Source: Candidatus Woesearchaeota archaeon (GTDB taxonomy: Archaea; Nanobdellota; Nanobdellia; Pacearchaeales; GW2011-AR1). From it: a stretch of DNA of 46,493 nt. Position numbers and translations under genes: made by a program. Positions 44,311 to 46,493 of the stretch are shown here, in pieces (positions within the stretch are counted from its first letter, which is position 1; each line of letters starts with the position of its first letter). The stretch covers positions 1 through 46,493 of the forward strand of contig CAYRKK010000001.1 of NCBI GenBank assembly GCA_964424875.1, given 5' to 3'. The notes under the pieces were generated by a model. It had not been told where the DNA came from, did not search any database, and saw only the letters and a list, made by a program, of their open reading frames with translations.

Positions 44311-44664
44311 TTGGAAAATAGAATAGAAGAGCGTAGAAAGGAATTATTTGCAATAGCTAATGCTTCCGGATTCCCAGAAGAGGGATCCAATCATGTAAAA
44401 CATATATCTGGAAATTTGTTGAATGGTTTAAGTTGTGTTATTCAATTAGTTTATGAGTTTAATGATCCAAGATATGCTGAAGAGGATTTACCAATATCAG
44501 ACAGAGAAATAGGTGAATATTTATTGCTCTTAGAAGAGTATGATGATTATAGGGAGGGAGAGTTTAACAATTCAAATGGTTTCTTTCCAGATATACTTGA
44601 TTTTGGATCAGATCATGGTGCCCATCATTATGTTACTGAATCAAGATCAAGATTAGAAAAATAA
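44311..44664 (+). CDS. Orphan 117-aa acidic protein (TTG start)
   Basis: Intact ORF between ftsZ and secE. It has no in-frame ATG, so a TTG start at 44311 is required. Hand count 8 Arg against 3 Lys. Confidence 0.4.
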   Translation: MENRIEERRKELFAIANASGFPEEGSNHVKHISGNLLNGLSCVIQLVYEFNDPRYAEEDLPISDREIGEYLLLLEEYDDYREGEFNNSNGFFPDILDFGSDHGAHHYVTESRSRLEK

Positions 44665-44732
44665 AATCCCTCAAAACATTTAAAAACTACTCTCTCCATT
44701 TATTTTTACTAAACAAACAAAGTTTCCATACG

Positions 44733-44906
44733 ATGTTCAACCTAAAATCATTTTCAAAACAATGCCTAAGAGTCTGGTATCTTTTGAAAAAACCAGATAA
44801 AAAAGAATTCACAACAATTTCAAAAGTTTCTGCAATTGGATTAGGCTTAGTAGGTTTAATTGGTTTTGCAATAGCATTAGTAATGGAATTTTTCAGATTA
44901 TCATAA
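44733..44906 (+). CDS. secE: Protein translocase subunit SecE (Sec61-gamma)
   Basis: 57-aa ORF absent from the ORF track: MFNLKSFSKQCLRVWYLLKKPDKKEFTTISKVSAIGLGLVGLIGFAIALVMEFFRLS. One C-terminal TM helix; canonical position upstream of spt5. Confidence 0.75.
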   Translation: MFNLKSFSKQCLRVWYLLKKPDKKEFTTISKVSAIGLGLVGLIGFAIALVMEFFRLS

Positions 44907-45020
44907 CATTTATAAACCCTAAATTTTAAATAATCTTATGGCTTCTATAATAGTTATTAATTAGCTGGAGCCCAATAGTAAAAATAAACAAACTGCAAAT
45001 CAATCTTAGGAAATACAAAA

Positions 45021-45593
45021 ATGATATTTATAATAAAAGTAACAACAAATAAAGAAGACAGAGCATTAGAATTAATCTCTGACAAAATCCATAAGAAAGA
45101 ATTGCAAGTATACTCTTTAGCACGTCCTCATGGGCTTAGAGGTTATATTTTCTTAGAAGCAGAAGACAGAGATTCTGCAGAAGAAGCAGCTTATAATTTA
45201 CCTTATGTTAAAGGAATTATTGGTAAAACAGTTTCTTATGATGAAATTAAAAACATGTTAGAACCTGTTTTAGAAGAAATTAATATTGAAAAAGGAGATA
45301 TTGTAGAGATTATCGGAGAACCATTTAAAAAAGAAAAAGCAAAAGTAATCAGAATTGATAAATCAAAAGGAGAAGCAGTTGTTACTTTATTGGCAGCAGT
45401 TGTTCCAATTCCTGTAACAGTAAAATTAGATAATATAAAAGTTATAAGAAGAGAAAAAGAAGAAACAGAAGAATCAGATTCTAAACCAACAGGTGAAATA
45501 GAAGAAGAAACAATTCCATTAGGAACAGACGAACCAAAAATAAACAATGAATATCAAGAACCAACAGGAGGATTAATCCCAGATGATTATTAA
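45021..45593 (+). CDS. spt5: Transcription elongation factor Spt5 (NusG) with an acidic C-terminal extension
   Basis: NGN domain (IFIIKVTTNKEDRA...GYIFLEA) and KOW motif (GDIVEIIGEPFKKEKAKVIRID). Confidence 0.85.
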   Translation: MIFIIKVTTNKEDRALELISDKIHKKELQVYSLARPHGLRGYIFLEAEDRDSAEEAAYNLPYVKGIIGKTVSYDEIKNMLEPVLEEINIEKGDIVEIIGEPFKKEKAKVIRIDKSKGEAVVTLLAAVVPIPVTVKLDNIKVIRREKEETEESDSKPTGEIEEETIPLGTDEPKINNEYQEPTGGLIPDDY

Positions 45594-45694
45594 AAATCAT
45601 CAGTTAAATTTATATAATCCATAATTAATCTTTTTAAAATCAACAAACAAAATGAAAATAAAACCAATAAGTAAAATAGAAGATAATCAACTGA

Positions 45695-45778
45695 AAGGAG
45701 CTAACTTAGGAAAGGTGACCCTTTAAGGAAGGTTGACTTATTAAGGAAACCGAGGTTTCCTTACGATTTCATACGAAA
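45695..45778 (+). promoter_or_regulatory. Conserved leader element, copy B (upstream of rpl11)
   Basis: AAGGAGCTAACTTAGGAAAGGTGAC, then an internal near-duplicate AGGAAGGTTGAC. The hairpin GGAAAC-CGAG-GTTTCC (45745-45760) follows, then TTACGATTTCATACGAAA before the ATG. It is collinear with 27041-27108. Confidence 0.5.
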
Positions 45779-46444
45779 ATGAAAATAAAACTTTTAATCG
45801 ACGGAGGAGACATGAAACCAGGACCAACAGTTGCTCAGCAATTAGGTCCAATGGGGATAAACATAGGAAAAGTTATTTCAGATGTAAATGAAGCAACAAA
45901 AGAATTTAAAGGAATGAAAGTTCCTGTTGAACTTGATGTTAATGAAAAAACAAAAGAATTCACAGTTCATACTTCTTCACCACCTACTTCAGAATTATTA
46001 AAAAAAGAACTTAACTTAGAAAAAGGCTCTAACAAACACGCAGAAATAAAAGTTGGAAATGCTTCTATAGAAGAAGTAATTAAAATTGCAAAAATAAAAC
46101 ATCCAAATATGCTTGAAAAAAATTTAAAAGCAGCGGTTAAATCAATTCTAGGAACCTGTGCTTCAATTGGAATCTTAGTTGAAAACAAAAATCCTAATGA
46201 ATTAATTCAAGATGTTAATAAAGGAAAATTTGACAAAGAAATTTCAGAAGAAAAAACAGAAACCTCTCCTGAAAAAAGAAAAGAATTAAGCGATTATTAT
46301 GCAGAAATTAAAGCAGCTCAAGATACTAAATTAGCAGAAAAACAAAAACAAGTTGAAGAAGCTGCTGCTAAAGCAGCAGAAAAAGATGGAAAAAAGGAGA
46401 AAAACCAACTGAAGGAGAAGCTAAACCTGCTGAAACAATTGTGA
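45779..46444 (+). CDS. rpl11: Ribosomal protein uL11 with a ~65-aa Lys/Glu/Ala-rich C-terminal extension
   Basis: GGDMKPGPTVAQQLGPMGINIGK and SSPPTSELLKK motifs. Confidence 0.85.
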   Translation: MKIKLLIDGGDMKPGPTVAQQLGPMGINIGKVISDVNEATKEFKGMKVPVELDVNEKTKEFTVHTSSPPTSELLKKELNLEKGSNKHAEIKVGNASIEEVIKIAKIKHPNMLEKNLKAAVKSILGTCASIGILVENKNPNELIQDVNKGKFDKEISEEKTETSPEKRKELSDYYAEIKAAQDTKLAEKQKQVEEAAAKAAEKDGKKEKNQLKEKLNLLKQL

Positions 46445-46493
46445 AACCTACTGAAGAAAAAAAAGAAGAAAAAAAATAAAAGAGTTTTAACAA

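Noticed and set aside
1-46493. Diversity-generating retroelement, retron, intein, intron, rRNA or CRISPR-Cas components
   Set aside because: I saw no reverse transcriptase, no template/variable repeat pair and no cas gene. I also saw no rRNA-like GC-rich block and no intein-like insertion in the conserved proteins. A tool-based scan would be needed to confirm their absence.

Overview
AT-rich, very gene-dense archaeal window. It carries archaeal-type ribosomal proteins (P0, P1, L1, L11, L40e), aIF5A, Spt5, SecE, FtsZ and Taw1, and its proteins are rich in Lys, Ile and Asn. By inference this fits a reduced-genome DPANN-type archaeon.

Contents in order:
- An IS4/IS5-type insertion sequence with a target duplication.
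- An AI-2E transporter and an AMP phosphorylase.
- A 2.3-kb accessory island (HEPN-MNT pair plus a SAM methyltransferase) bracketed by a perfect 14-bp GC-rich direct repeat.
- A Kef-type antiporter and tRNA-Ser(UGA).
- The L1-P0-P1 ribosomal stalk operon, with an unknown acidic ORF wedged between P0 and P1.
- A glycolysis/gluconeogenesis operon (gap-trxB-pgk-pfkB-fba-tpiA). gap has a frame break and three micro-ORFs sit inside the operon.
- A compositionally distinct cassette: a divergent tandem-Lrp regulator, a B12-binding radical SAM enzyme and a class V PLP enzyme.
- A NYN-nuclease cassette flanked by a 66-bp duplication of the 3' end of the neighbouring nnr gene.
- An 11-kb amino-sugar / beta-mannoside / glycosyltransferase cluster.
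- A RelE-type TA pair, Taw1, an S2P protease, L40e and aIF5A.
- The FKBP-FtsZ-SecE-Spt5-L11 neighbourhood, repeatedly interrupted by Arg-rich orphan ORFs, one of them frameshifted at a C6 run.

No CRISPR array, rRNA gene, integrase or reverse transcriptase was seen. The candidates most worth follow-up are:
- the regulator/radical-SAM/PLP cassette;
- the orphan ORF inside the stalk operon;
- the repeat-bracketed NYN and HEPN-MNT cassettes;
- a conserved leader element with a covarying hairpin, shared by the L11 gene and a GH130 gene.

All homology calls come from motif recognition by eye. No database search was run.
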